A stretch of DNA of 64,000 nt from Patescibacteria group bacterium (GTDB lineage Bacteria; Patescibacteriota; Microgenomatia; UBA1400; PJMF01): contig JBDTME010000004.1 of NCBI GenBank assembly GCA_039934415.1, positions 632 through 64,631 on the forward strand. Reading direction: 5' to 3'. Below are positions 30,225 to 39,717 of the stretch, piece after piece. The position numbers and the translations under genes are program-made. Below the pieces are notes generated by a model that saw only the letters and a list, made by a program, of their open reading frames with translations, was not told the origin of the DNA and searched no databases. The stretch's first letter is position 1. Each line of letters begins with the position of its first letter.

Positions 30225-31175
30225 ATGTTTTTTTTTGCACTACTTTTAATTTGTCTGATTTTTTCATCCGCAATATGTAAATGGGTGAAAAAAGTAGTTG
30301 AAATGCGAAATCATGCTAAATATTTGCATCAATTAGGAGTGACCACTTCTTCAGAAAAAAATAAATTAAAATTGCTTCCCTTTTTTTCAAGCGATAAGAT
30401 TGTGTTTAAGTTTTCATCCAACTTACAAAATTATATTTTGTTATGGTTGAAAAATAATTACGATATTCCCAAAGATATAAATATAAGCAATTTGTTGTTT
30501 ATTCAAGCTGGATTAATTTTCATCTGTTGGAATACATCGGGATTACTAAATATTTCGTTAATACCTCTTTTGTTTCTCACAATCTTAACTGAGTTCATTT
30601 GCCTATCATTTATGTTGAGTCGTCGCCGTTTGCTTGATCAACTTGATAAAGTATTTCCGCAAATACTTGAGTCCTTGGCGAGCATGTATCAGATTTATCC
30701 GGACTTAAAACACAGTTTAAATTCAAGCAAAGAACTTGTCACAGATTCAATTAGTCAACGTTTTTTGACCGAACTGACTCAGTTAACGACATTAGGAGTT
30801 CCCACTGTCCAATCTTTACAATTGATTAGCAATCTCTGGAACTATACTCCGTTGACCTTTTTAATTTCATCGATAGAAGTCCATGAATCCACTGGAGGAG
30901 ATCTTGCCAAACTCTTTCGTCAAACGGCTACGTCACTTCGTCGCCATCAGCAAAATACCAAAGCTATGCAATCCGTCATGTTCCAAAATAAAGTGTCGGG
31001 GTTCGTAGTTTGTGCTTTAGTTCCTGTTGTACTGTTACTTTCGATGAGTCTTAGTAAGAACTATCGTACGGTTATTTTCAGTGAGCCTCTTGCCCGAAGT
31101 CTCATCATCGCTGCGAGCGTTTGGTGGCTGATTGGAGTCCTTGTAATGTGGCGAGCGTTACGAGTAAAAGTCTAA
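30225..31175 (+). CDS. tadC: Tad pilus inner-membrane protein TadC-like (T2SS-F domain)
   Basis: T2SSF-like helical domain (ILESLASMYQIYPDLKHSL, HESTGGDLAKLFRQTATSL) flanked by TM segments. Confidence 0.65.
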   Translation: MFFFALLLICLIFSSAICKWVKKVVEMRNHAKYLHQLGVTTSSEKNKLKLLPFFSSDKIVFKFSSNLQNYILLWLKNNYDIPKDINISNLLFIQAGLIFICWNTSGLLNISLIPLLFLTILTEFICLSFMLSRRRLLDQLDKVFPQILESLASMYQIYPDLKHSLNSSKELVTDSISQRFLTELTQLTTLGVPTVQSLQLISNLWNYTPLTFLISSIEVHESTGGDLAKLFRQTATSLRRHQQNTKAMQSVMFQNKVSGFVVCALVPVVLLLSMSLSKNYRTVIFSEPLARSLIIAASVWWLIGVLVMWRALRVKV

Positions 31176-31181
31176 TTACAC

Positions 31182-31892
31182 CTAATCATTCAACGCCATG
31201 CCTTGTCTCTTCAGCCACCCTCGGTGCTTCAAATACTCTCCATCATACTGACTGACGAGTTTCCAAAATCTAGCAGAGTGATCCATGTGTGTTCGGTGTG
31301 CGAGTTCGTGAATGATGACGTAAGTAATGACTTCAGGTGGAGCGTGGACGAGTCGCCAGTTAAAGTTCAGATTGCCTTTCGATGAGCAGCTTCCCCATCG
31401 TGTTTTTTGCGTTTTGAATGAAACGTGACCATAAGTCGTACTCATTCTTTCAGCTAGAGTTTCTGTTTGTTTTAGAATAAATGAACTCCCTAGATTTTTG
31501 AGAAATCGATCCAGGTTTTTTTGGATGGAAACCTTTGTATCGCTCACCGGATTAATAATGAGCGAATCACCATCTCTCGTAATTCCAATAGGTTTCTTGG
31601 GATCTAATTTGATTATTAAAGCGTACGCTTTCCCAAACAGAAGTACCTCATTCTCTGCAACGCCCAAATTCTTTTTGACAGTATTGAGTTTTGATAGTTG
31701 ATGAGAAATCCAATCCTGCTGTGCATTCACAAATTTACGAATGACAAATTGTGGAATGAACCGAGGACTTGTGACTATCACTTCTCCATTTTTGTTTATG
31801 GATAACTTTATCGACTTTGAACGAGAATGTACTTTATGCGTGTACTCAATCATGAGGGAGTTATAGCACGAGTACTCAGTGCAGTAAAACAC
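31182..31892 (-). CDS. YgjP/DUF45-family metal-dependent hydrolase (WLM/M48-like)
   Basis: WGSCSSKG and HEXXH (VIIHELAHRTHMDHSARFW) motifs; the likely start is the internal MIEYTHK. Confidence 0.6.
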   Translation of the reverse strand: MFYCTEYSCYNSLMIEYTHKVHSRSKSIKLSINKNGEVIVTSPRFIPQFVIRKFVNAQQDWISHQLSKLNTVKKNLGVAENEVLLFGKAYALIIKLDPKKPIGITRDGDSLIINPVSDTKVSIQKNLDRFLKNLGSSFILKQTETLAERMSTTYGHVSFKTQKTRWGSCSSKGNLNFNWRLVHAPPEVITYVIIHELAHRTHMDHSARFWKLVSQYDGEYLKHRGWLKRQGMALND

Positions 31893-31902
31893 TTTGCCGT
31901 GC

Positions 31903-32601
31903 TTACGGATTTTTTAACAGACTGAGCACTGTAATTGTATTTGCGTATTGAAGGACGGCTGCACACAAAACACCAACGAGAATCGAAGCAATGATCTTAA
32001 TCCAATGCAGTTTTCTAGAACTCGTCATTGTCAACTGCATGCCAAAAAAGACACTCAAAGCCGTTGCAAATACCAGCAAGCCTGCTTTTAAAATCAACGG
32101 ATTAATATCGGTAGTATTGATCAGATGATTTTCTAGATCTTTCTGAAATGTCTGAAACTCTATCAAGATAAAGTATAAAGAATCAAAAAAACCTTTCATG
32201 CCTAATCCTGTTAGGGCAATCACAACTAACCATTTCGCGACTACAGCCTTCTTTGATGCTATCCACGCAGGTTGAGCTGGGCTTGTAAGTTGAGTAGCTG
32301 AAGGAGGTATGGACTGGTTTTGTTCTGATACAAAATTCGTAACAGGTGAAAGAGGCTGATGCGGCTGACTACTAGGTACGGGTATTTGGGGCGAATTATT
32401 CAAAGCTAGCTCAGGAATATGTGGTGCAGGCGAAGAAAGTTGATTTGAAGGAAGTTCTGGGAGCTGATGAGGTGCTAACGAGCTATGATCAGTTGCGAAC
32501 CTCATATCAGAAGGTTGAGACGCAACAAAACTAGCAGGTGAACCTGGCGTGACAGAAGAGTCTAACGTAGACGTCTGGATAGGCTGTGAATCATTGGGCA
32601 C
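31903..32601 (-). CDS. membrane protein with Pro/Ser/Gln-rich disordered N-terminal half
   Basis: Low-complexity N-terminus (PSSQPHQPLSPVTN...) and three C-terminal hydrophobic helices. Confidence 0.4.
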   Translation of the reverse strand: MPNDSQPIQTSTLDSSVTPGSPASFVASQPSDMRFATDHSSLAPHQLPELPSNQLSSPAPHIPELALNNSPQIPVPSSQPHQPLSPVTNFVSEQNQSIPPSATQLTSPAQPAWIASKKAVVAKWLVVIALTGLGMKGFFDSLYFILIEFQTFQKDLENHLINTTDINPLILKAGLLVFATALSVFFGMQLTMTSSRKLHWIKIIASILVGVLCAAVLQYANTITVLSLLKNP

Positions 32602-32653
32602 TTGAACAGTATATGCAAAAAAAAGTTATAAGTCACGAGGATACTCAATGTTG

Positions 32654-32737
32654 TGCCGAGGACAGGAATCGAACCTGCACGTCCTTGCGGACACTGGATT
32701 CTAAGTCCAGGCTGTCTACCAGTTTCAGCACCTCGGC
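32654..32737 (-). tRNA. tRNA-Leu (anticodon TAG)
   Basis: Hand-folded cloverleaf: acceptor GCCGAGG/CCTCGGC, anticodon loop CTTAGAA, long variable arm, T-loop GGTTCGATTCC; no encoded CCA. Confidence 0.85.
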
Positions 32738-32974
32738 GGAGCTATTCAAACACAATCTATTTTACCACCGGTAATCCCAATCTGAGGGTGAATCTCAATC
32801 CTGAAGGCAAAAAAAATCCCCTCCTCTCACTTGTCTAGACAAGCAATCGTCTGGGGTTCTTCTTAGATCCGAACGTATTTCCCGGTGAGAGAAAACCTTC
32901 GGATATGTTGTGTATCTTATAGCAAAACTATCCAGTCGTCAATCCAGAAACCCCAGGAGACTTAAAGGCCACTT

Positions 32975-33754
32975 TCATTGGTGAAAGTGATTGTGTTTTT
33001 TCTCGAAAAATGAGAAGTAAAACACTCGATAAATTACATAAAGAGTAACAGCCAATAATAGTACGAAGACGTGCATTCTGAAGTGTGCCAACGGGTGAAG
33101 TAGTCGCGAAACCACGTCATCAATGATCAATATCGGATGAGTGACCACATCCCAAGTATTCCAGCGCAAGATCCTACCCAAGTAGATCCCCAGGCTTGTG
33201 AGGTACATAATAAGCCCAATCATAAACCAAGCTCGTTTTTGCCCATACAAATTGCTCACAACCCCTTGTATATGCGATAAGGAGTACAAGCCAAGATATA
33301 ACCCGTTCAGAGCAAAACTACACAACAGGACCAGATCAAACCAGAAAGGGACTGGAGCTAGGTATTGCAAGTGCTTGAGGTCAGTCAATACATAGGGAGC
33401 ATTAGGCAAGAATAATAGCCAGATCAAGCCAGCGATCACCAATAATACTGGGTTTTTACGCAAAGGATGAAAGTTTCGCACGATCAGATGCGACAAAATA
33501 AAAGGAATCCAGGCTAGAAACAAGTTCCACAACAAGTAAAGTTCAGTGCTTCTTCCCGAATACACCACTCTCACTAAAAGCAATGTCGAAGAAATATACG
33601 TTCCCATGACTAAGCCGAATAGCTCATTTGAAGTTTGGGTGGTAGGTCTTTGGGCAGTAATTTTTTTCACTGAGGAGTATATTCCACTAAATTTGCTTCT
33701 TGTGTGGCGTCTCGACCAATTTCTTTGTTGTCGTACTCCATTTCCCAGATCCAA
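32975..33754 (-). CDS. polytopic membrane protein (DUF-type); start probably internal
   Basis: Six or more hydrophobic helices. The track ORF overlaps the upstream gene by 88 nt, so the true start is likely at a downstream Met (MGTYISS...). Confidence 0.4.
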   Translation of the reverse strand: MDLGNGVRQQRNWSRRHTRSKFSGIYSSVKKITAQRPTTQTSNELFGLVMGTYISSTLLLVRVVYSGRSTELYLLWNLFLAWIPFILSHLIVRNFHPLRKNPVLLVIAGLIWLLFLPNAPYVLTDLKHLQYLAPVPFWFDLVLLCSFALNGLYLGLYSLSHIQGVVSNLYGQKRAWFMIGLIMYLTSLGIYLGRILRWNTWDVVTHPILIIDDVVSRLLHPLAHFRMHVFVLLLAVTLYVIYRVFYFSFFEKKHNHFHQ

Positions 33755-34323
33755 CGGTTAACTGAGTTTGCCCAGCTTCCATTACTGCTCGGAGTATATT
33801 TGCTCATGATTTTTTCAGGAGTGTCCAGACCTTTATCAACATAGTTCCTTTTCAAACTGCTAGCTGCCTTATCAAATGCCTGCTCATATGATTCAAACCG
33901 CAACGTACTCGTTGAGGTAACACCAAATCCAAGACAGTTAAAAGAGTTGCTAGGGATTCTTTTACACAAATTACTTTCCTGCATGGCAATAGCAGGCAGT
34001 AAACGATAATCGAGGTTATATTTGTCAGCGATCTCCACTAACTTATTTCCATACTCATCAAATGGTTTAAGCGGCGAATCATAGCGTTTCAAAAAACGAG
34101 TGATGATCTCTGGTCGTGCGTCAGCCAATTCCACGACAGTAGTAAGGCCTTTTACTTCACCTTGAGGTAAAGGCGAGTTGGCATCAAGTACAGCGTCTGA
34201 AATGGCCGGATGAACAATTTGTGCGGCCTGAGGGTGACGTAACTTCTGAATGCCCATGATGCAGCTGCCTGCGAAAGCCAGACTGCAGATGAACCACAGT
34301 GGCAAAAAGATGAATTTTTTCAT
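33667..34323 (-). CDS. secreted protein, possible lysozyme/transglycosylase-like
   Basis: Signal peptide MKKFIFLPLWFICSLAFAGSC; the segment LLPAIAMQESNLCK weakly resembles the SLT catalytic Glu-Ser region. Confidence 0.35.
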   Translation of the reverse strand: MKKFIFLPLWFICSLAFAGSCIMGIQKLRHPQAAQIVHPAISDAVLDANSPLPQGEVKGLTTVVELADARPEIITRFLKRYDSPLKPFDEYGNKLVEIADKYNLDYRLLPAIAMQESNLCKRIPSNSFNCLGFGVTSTSTLRFESYEQAFDKAASSLKRNYVDKGLDTPEKIMSKYTPSSNGSWANSVNRWIWEMEYDNKEIGRDATQEANLVEYTPQ

Positions 34324-34383
34324 AGAATCAAGCCATTAGTATACCACAAGACCTAGCTTTTTTGCTAAAAATGTCTTATAATA

Positions 34384-35379
34384 TTGACAATCATGTCTAG
34401 GTATTTACGCCTGCTACTATCTGGAATCCTTGTTATAGGACTCCTCTTTAGCCAGACCAGACCCGTTCAAGCTGGGGATGTTTTGGGTATTCATATTCTC
34501 CACCCTTCTGAGTTGGATGACGTTCTGTCCTTGCTGAAGACCGATAAAAACAAGGATCACTGGGAATATGTCACAATCCCCTATGGTCTTGAAGACATAA
34601 ATCGCTTCAATGAATGGCAGAGTTTCTTTGACAAATGTAAAGAAAACAAAGTCATTCCCATTGTCCGTTTGATCACCAAACCTGAAGGTGATACTTGGGC
34701 AATTCCCACGACCAAAGATATTATTGATCTATCCAAGAGTCTATCAGCCCTAAACTGGCCGACTGACGAACGGTTAATCATCGTTTTTAATGAGCCAAAT
34801 CATTCAAAAGAATGGGGCGGTAGTGTTGATCCTGTTCGTTATGCAGATGTTTTACAATTCACTTCTGACTGGTTTAGAACAGACGGCAAAGGTTTTAAAA
34901 TTCTGCCAGCTGGTCTTGACCTGGCTGCTCCTAATGGTAGTCAGACTATGGAAGCATTCACCTTTTGGAAAAAAGCCTTGGAATATAATCCTCAGATCTT
35001 TGATAGTCTTGATGACTGGAACTCTCATTCCTATCCGAATCCAGCTTTCTCTAGCTCTCCTACTTTGAGTGCACAAAATAGTATGCGCGGCTTCCAACAT
35101 GAACTCGAATTTTTGAAAAAATACTCGGGTAAAGAATGGGGTGTCTATATTACTGAGACTGGCTGGGCTGAAAACTCTAGTACCTCACGTTGGTTAACCC
35201 AATATTACACTTATGCTGAACAACACATCTGGAGTGATCCACATGTCAAAGCAGTCACACCTTTTCTGTTACACGGAGCCCCAGGGCCATTTAGTGCCTT
35301 TAGTTTCTTAGACCAAAACGGCAAAAAAACTCGCCAGTTCGAAGCCTATCGACGAGTGATTGAAACCACTGAACAATAA
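34384..35379 (+). CDS. secreted glycoside hydrolase, GH5-like TIM barrel
   Basis: Signal peptide; acid/base motif IVFNEPNH and nucleophile motif YITETGW. Confidence 0.5.
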   Translation: MTIMSRYLRLLLSGILVIGLLFSQTRPVQAGDVLGIHILHPSELDDVLSLLKTDKNKDHWEYVTIPYGLEDINRFNEWQSFFDKCKENKVIPIVRLITKPEGDTWAIPTTKDIIDLSKSLSALNWPTDERLIIVFNEPNHSKEWGGSVDPVRYADVLQFTSDWFRTDGKGFKILPAGLDLAAPNGSQTMEAFTFWKKALEYNPQIFDSLDDWNSHSYPNPAFSSSPTLSAQNSMRGFQHELEFLKKYSGKEWGVYITETGWAENSSTSRWLTQYYTYAEQHIWSDPHVKAVTPFLLHGAPGPFSAFSFLDQNGKKTRQFEAYRRVIETTEQ

Positions 35380-35433
35380 ACTAACATTCCTTAAAATTAC
35401 TCCTGGATCAATCCACGACACTCATGAGTTTGA

Positions 35434-36630
35434 CTATAAAGACTTCGGGGGCGTGCGGATCATTTCGTAAAAAGTAAACCCGGTCGTTGCAACTGCTATT
35501 GCGCTAAATCCGAGGATAAGAAATGGTATTTGGGCTGGTTCTGTCCAACTGGCGAAAAAGAACATTATTACAACGTAGGGAACCTGAGAAATTAACGCTA
35601 ATACTGATAGTGCTGTTGCTCGGTGTCCTGAAGCAATGCGTTCATTGGCAGAGACAGTCATGATTTGGTAGGCGACTCTTTCCCATGTCATTAAAACTAT
35701 GAAGTAGGCAATTCCTGGAATTGTACCTTGAGTATTAGCACCAAACAGGAAGAGCAAAGCATATCCTCCCAAGGTTAACATCATCAGGTTTTGAGTACCT
35801 AATTTTTTCCGAATTTTGTCAAATTGAGACACAATGAATAATGCAGGAATCATTGTTATAGCGAGTACGTATCCGAATGTTTCACCATTGAATGAGTAGT
35901 ATGCCGCCATAGATTGACGGACGACTCCTTGATGCAATTTTGCTAATGAAACGATGACTAAGATTGGGATCAATATATCTCTAAATCGTAAGCTGAAGAT
36001 GGTGGTCATCCCGTCTCGCAGTTTTGATAACGAGTTTTGAACTGTGACGTGCTCGGTATCTATCACTGGTTCTGTGCTGAAGAATAAAATTGGTATACAA
36101 AATACACTTGTGAGAGTTGCTGCTAAAAATGGCAATCGCGCATCTATTGAAAATAAAAAACCACCCGCAAAAACCGATAAGAAAGACATACCAATAGCCA
36201 GTGATGTTGATTTAGAAACGACTTGGTCGTAGTCTTTTTCTTTTCCTTTCTCAACTAAACTATCGTAGGCGAATGCTTCTAGTGAGCCTGAATTGAAAGC
36301 AAAGCCAACAAAAGTAATACAATTTCCAATCAAAAACCCAGAAAAAGTTGTTGAGAACGCGATTGTTAGTGATCCCATTGCTAAGAGGGTGTTGCCCAGA
36401 ATGAGCGTCCTCTTCTTTCCAAATACATCGCTGATCAAACCCGTTGGGATTTCTAGGGAAATTCCCAACAAAATAGCAAAAGCATCAATAAACCCAATCT
36501 CAGGTTTTGTTACGTACTTGTTAAACAAAAACATCCAATTTGGCAGGGCAAACCAGGCATTAGTAAAGATACTCAGCAGATAAAAGATCCGAATGTTTCG
36601 TAGTTTTGAGTGAGGAAACAGGTTTGACAT
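35434..36630 (-). CDS. MFS transporter
   Basis: 12-TM profile. Start moved to MSNLFPHS (ATG ending 36630) because the longer track ORF would run into tRNA-Arg. Confidence 0.7.
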   Translation of the reverse strand: MSNLFPHSKLRNIRIFYLLSIFTNAWFALPNWMFLFNKYVTKPEIGFIDAFAILLGISLEIPTGLISDVFGKKRTLILGNTLLAMGSLTIAFSTTFSGFLIGNCITFVGFAFNSGSLEAFAYDSLVEKGKEKDYDQVVSKSTSLAIGMSFLSVFAGGFLFSIDARLPFLAATLTSVFCIPILFFSTEPVIDTEHVTVQNSLSKLRDGMTTIFSLRFRDILIPILVIVSLAKLHQGVVRQSMAAYYSFNGETFGYVLAITMIPALFIVSQFDKIRKKLGTQNLMMLTLGGYALLFLFGANTQGTIPGIAYFIVLMTWERVAYQIMTVSANERIASGHRATALSVLALISQVPYVVIMFFFASWTEPAQIPFLILGFSAIAVATTGFTFYEMIRTPPKSL

Positions 36631-36710
36631 GAATACAGCGATTTTAGCACCCCAGAGGTTTTCTGTGCAGAGAGCGGGTTTTTTATGATAAAATAAGTCG
36701 TTGTTTTTTA

Positions 36711-36784
36711 GCACCCGTAGCTCAATTGGATAGAGCGCTTGTCTTCGGAACAAGAGGTTGTGAGTTCAATTCTCGCCGGGTGCA
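36711..36784 (+). tRNA. tRNA-Arg (anticodon TCG)
   Basis: Acceptor GCACCCG/CGGGTGC, anticodon loop CTTCGGA, T-loop GAGTTCAATTCTC. Confidence 0.85.
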
Positions 36785-36788
36785 CATT

Positions 36789-36862
36789 GGGTCGGTAGCT
36801 CAGTTGGTTAGAGCAGTTGCCTCTTAAGCAACTTGTCGTGGGTTCGAATCCCACCCGACTCA
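36789..36862 (+). tRNA. tRNA-Lys (anticodon CTT)
   Basis: Acceptor GGGTCGG/CCGACTC, anticodon loop CTCTTAA, T-loop GGGTTCGAATCCC. Confidence 0.85.
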
Positions 36863-37371
36863 CAATTTCCAGAGGTGATTCCTCTGGAGAGAACAGAAAA
36901 TAGTTGTTTTTACGCCTATCGCGGAATAGCGCCAATCAAGACTCATCACCTCTCATCAACTGGCCAGGGAGTATGCGGGCTTATCACTGGCCCAAAAACT
37001 AGGTTTTCAACCATAGTAATTAAGGACGAAAAACTGTTTTCAGTCTCTACCATACCACCTACTCAGGAAAATAAAGAATTGACAGACCAGATATTAACCA
37101 CCTCCGAATTTAACTAAAATGAAAAAACTCAAGAACAGTTACGAGCTGAAGGCTCACTTGTTGATTGTTCTGTTCCACAGAAAAATGCTTGTGGAGAGAT
37201 ATTTGACTTCAACGATTTTTGTGAGCATCGCAACAAGACAATTATTGATTCAAACAAAGAAATTCAGGCTCAACCAGCTAAGGATTGGACAGAGAAAGTA
37301 TCACCTAGAGAATATGAGTTTTTGTATTCAGAGTCATGGTTTAACAAAATAGTGAGTATTAACATGATTTT

Positions 37372-38247
37372 ATGGATATAAATGATATTAGCGAAATACC
37401 AGAGCCAACAATAGAACAGCTTAGACTAGTGCAATACGGATATAGATTGCGTCATGTCTATTGGCCAGACTATACTTTTGACTCACAAAGAAGCTGCCTG
37501 AAAGTTCTCAAAACCAAAAAAAATAAAATTGAGAGCCTAGGTTTAGAAGAAGATAAATTAAGAAAAAGATTGAGTGCTATTTTTGATAAGTTAAACGCAA
37601 GTTTTTATCACTTAGAAAGGATAAAAGAAAATGAGCAGTTGCTAGTAGATTTCGTCAAAAAATTTGCAACTGAGTCTAAATCCAAAATACCAGATGGTGT
37701 TTTAGCAATGTTCGGCGGACGTTATGAGCCAATTAACCATGAATACGAATCATTCTTAATATCTCTCAAAAGTGCTTTGGATATTTTATCAATTTCTATT
37801 TCGCAAGCTTGTGGTTTTAATGTTGACAACATTACTCAGTTAGATAACCATCTCAAATCTCAATCTAAAAAGAAAACATCTGATTTTTCTCTAAAATTAA
37901 AAAAATTATTTGACAAGAAAAAAAATGTAAAGATAATTGAAGAATTCAAAAATGGGGAATCAATTTCAAAAAGAAACTATGCTGTACACCATGGCTCTTT
38001 GGGAGCTGGTTCTGTTTCAATACAGTTTACTAGTAACAGCCCAAATAAAAAAAAGCCAAAAGCTATTATTCTTGAAATCGATGAAAATGGAAAACTAATC
38101 AAAGTAAGGGAATTGCTAAAAGATTGCGAGGAAATTTTTTATGATTCATGCGATTTGTTTGTAGATATTTTAGAGATTTTATTAGAACAAAAGTTGCAAA
38201 AGGGTAAGAAAACAAGTGTTTATTTAGAAAGGGACTTAAAAAAGTAA
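37372..38247 (+). CDS. hypothetical Lys-rich protein (island gene)
   Basis: 291 codons, AT-rich, no recognisable motif; first gene after tRNA-Lys. Confidence 0.45.
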   Translation: MDINDISEIPEPTIEQLRLVQYGYRLRHVYWPDYTFDSQRSCLKVLKTKKNKIESLGLEEDKLRKRLSAIFDKLNASFYHLERIKENEQLLVDFVKKFATESKSKIPDGVLAMFGGRYEPINHEYESFLISLKSALDILSISISQACGFNVDNITQLDNHLKSQSKKKTSDFSLKLKKLFDKKKNVKIIEEFKNGESISKRNYAVHHGSLGAGSVSIQFTSNSPNKKKPKAIILEIDENGKLIKVRELLKDCEEIFYDSCDLFVDILEILLEQKLQKGKKTSVYLERDLKK

Positions 38248-38283
38248 TAAAAATCTTAGTAAAAAACTTAATTGGAGGTAAAA

Positions 38284-38391
38284 ATGCCAAACAAAAAATA
38301 CAACCTATCACCTGAAATGACGGCTGCTATTAAGGAAATAATACCAGAAGCTATAGGTGTTGATTTTGAGACAATGTTTGAGCAGTCTTAA
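38284..38391 (+). CDS. small peptide ORF (35 aa) with a strong RBS; the frame continues past an in-frame TAA for another 50 codons to 38544
   Basis: GGAGGT 5 nt upstream of ATG 38284; MPNKKYNLSPEMTAAIKEIIPEAIGVDFETMFEQS, then TAA, then QEAEGLTEQDLINEILEAGEYQAEDDSTFEDTVMIGAIAIGGPLGLIKPN and TAA. Confidence 0.35.
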   Translation: MPNKKYNLSPEMTAAIKEIIPEAIGVDFETMFEQS

Positions 38392-38564
38392 CAAGAGGCT
38401 GAAGGGTTAACGGAGCAAGACTTAATCAATGAGATTTTAGAGGCTGGTGAATACCAAGCCGAAGATGATTCTACTTTTGAAGATACTGTAATGATTGGAG
38501 CGATTGCTATTGGAGGGCCTCTGGGATTGATAAAACCGAACTAACATAATGGAAAAAAGTAAGA

Positions 38565-38595
38565 GGGGTGAGCTGGCTAGCTCGGAACTCACCCC
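38565..38595. terminator. stem-loop (8-bp GC-rich stem GGGGTGAG/CTCACCCC) flanked by T/A runs; probable bidirectional intrinsic terminator
   Basis: Lies between the convergent 38284-38544 frame (+) and the 38648-38899 ORF (-). AATTTTAT follows on the + strand and CTTACTTTTTTCC on the - strand. Confidence 0.5.
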
Positions 38596-38647
38596 AATTT
38601 TATAGCTAGCAGAGCTTACATTCTAGACGCAGAGCCTAGGGCAATTT

Positions 38648-38899
38648 CTACCAGCGCGAGTGACCCATCTTGCTCATCACATTGGTCATACTGTCCGAGT
38701 AATGGCAGGAACCTGGGACGTAGTTCCCGCTTGAGTCAACTTGGTAGCTGTAACGGTCTGAACCGTTTTCGCTACCATTCCAGAGAGTGACGTGCTTGCT
38801 ACCATCGGAGTCAACGCGCACACTGGCGCCTTCAACACCGATATCTGCCGCACTGCGGCTACTTCCGGGCAACGTTTCGTGCCGTCCAATTTGAGGCAT
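38648..38899 (-). CDS. small Gly/Ser/Asp-rich protein (83 aa), GC-rich relative to surroundings
   Basis: AAGGAG RBS 7 nt upstream of the ATG; MPQIGRHETLPGSSRSAADIGVEGASVRVDSDGSK...; composition differs from the flanking AT-rich DNA. Confidence 0.5.
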   Translation of the reverse strand: MPQIGRHETLPGSSRSAADIGVEGASVRVDSDGSKHVTLWNGSENGSDRYSYQVDSSGNYVPGSCHYSDSMTNVMSKMGHSRW

Positions 38900-38997
38900 T
38901 TGCCTACTCCTTAAGAGTTAATCGGTTTGGCTTGCATTGAAAAGTTGCTATCCATTTAATCCGAGACGTATTATATGATAATATATCAATTTGAAGG

Positions 38998-39006
38998 TGG
39001 TATAAT
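38998..39006 (+). promoter_or_regulatory. extended -10 promoter element TGGTATAAT, about 10 nt upstream of ATG 39016 (near-leaderless)
   Basis: TGnTATAAT match at 38998-39006; no good -35. Confidence 0.35.
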
Positions 39007-39015
39007 GTTGACATC

Positions 39016-39375
39016 ATGACAATGGACTCGTATAAGGCTCAACTACTATCTGAATTAGAGTTGGACAATTTAACAAATTTATCTTTTGAGGAATTAAAAA
39101 CTACTTTTTTGATGACAATAAGGGATTTTAAAAATGGAAAACTAAAATTAGAAGAACTTTCATGGTTTGCTTCAGAATTAGTTCAAATGCCCCTAACAAA
39201 CGACAATAAAGAAATTGAAGAACTAAAAGAAATTATTCATTTATGTTCTGAAATTGTTTACTATTTACGTCAAATACCAGAAGTAGATAAGGATGGAAAA
39301 AATACAATTTGGTTTTTACTTGAAACAATGAACTATTACGAAAAAAACAAAAAAACATTGTCAAATGAGGCTTAG
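39016..39375 (+). CDS. hypothetical acidic helical protein (119 aa)
   Basis: ORF with no motif; island gene. Confidence 0.45.
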   Translation: MTMDSYKAQLLSELELDNLTNLSFEELKTTFLMTIRDFKNGKLKLEELSWFASELVQMPLTNDNKEIEELKEIIHLCSEIVYYLRQIPEVDKDGKNTIWFLLETMNYYEKNKKTLSNEA

Positions 39376-39717
39376 CTGTGAGTATAACTAGTAATTTAAG
39401 TGCACACTTTCCAGCCTAGCTCATCATTGATAGCCTTTAAGCTAGCAACAAAGTCTCAATGAGGCAGGGAGATTGCTTCATTCTATTTTAGTAACTGAAG
39501 TTGGTAAAATTTCTCAAACGAATTATCCAGAATATTTAGTTAGAATTTTTGAAGTAATCCAAACGCTGGAAGGACTTGAAGTTGCCAGTGCTATTGACAA
39601 TTAGATTCAGACTTATGCAGGAGTAAGTTGGAGCAATATTGCTCTCAATAGAGTTGAGTTAATCCAAGGTGAGACTATTCCAGAAGATCGACTCAATCAG
39701 ATAAGAGCTGCAGGAGT

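Noticed and set aside
32653-32838. Track ORF MPRTGIEPARP... overlapping tRNA-Leu(TAG)
   Set aside because: The GIEPA-type peptide is the antisense translation of a tRNA T-arm, so it is an artefact.
36708-36935. Track ORF (75 aa) containing GFEPTT and ARIELTT
   Set aside because: It is antisense to tRNA-Arg(TCG) and tRNA-Lys(CTT), so it is not a gene.
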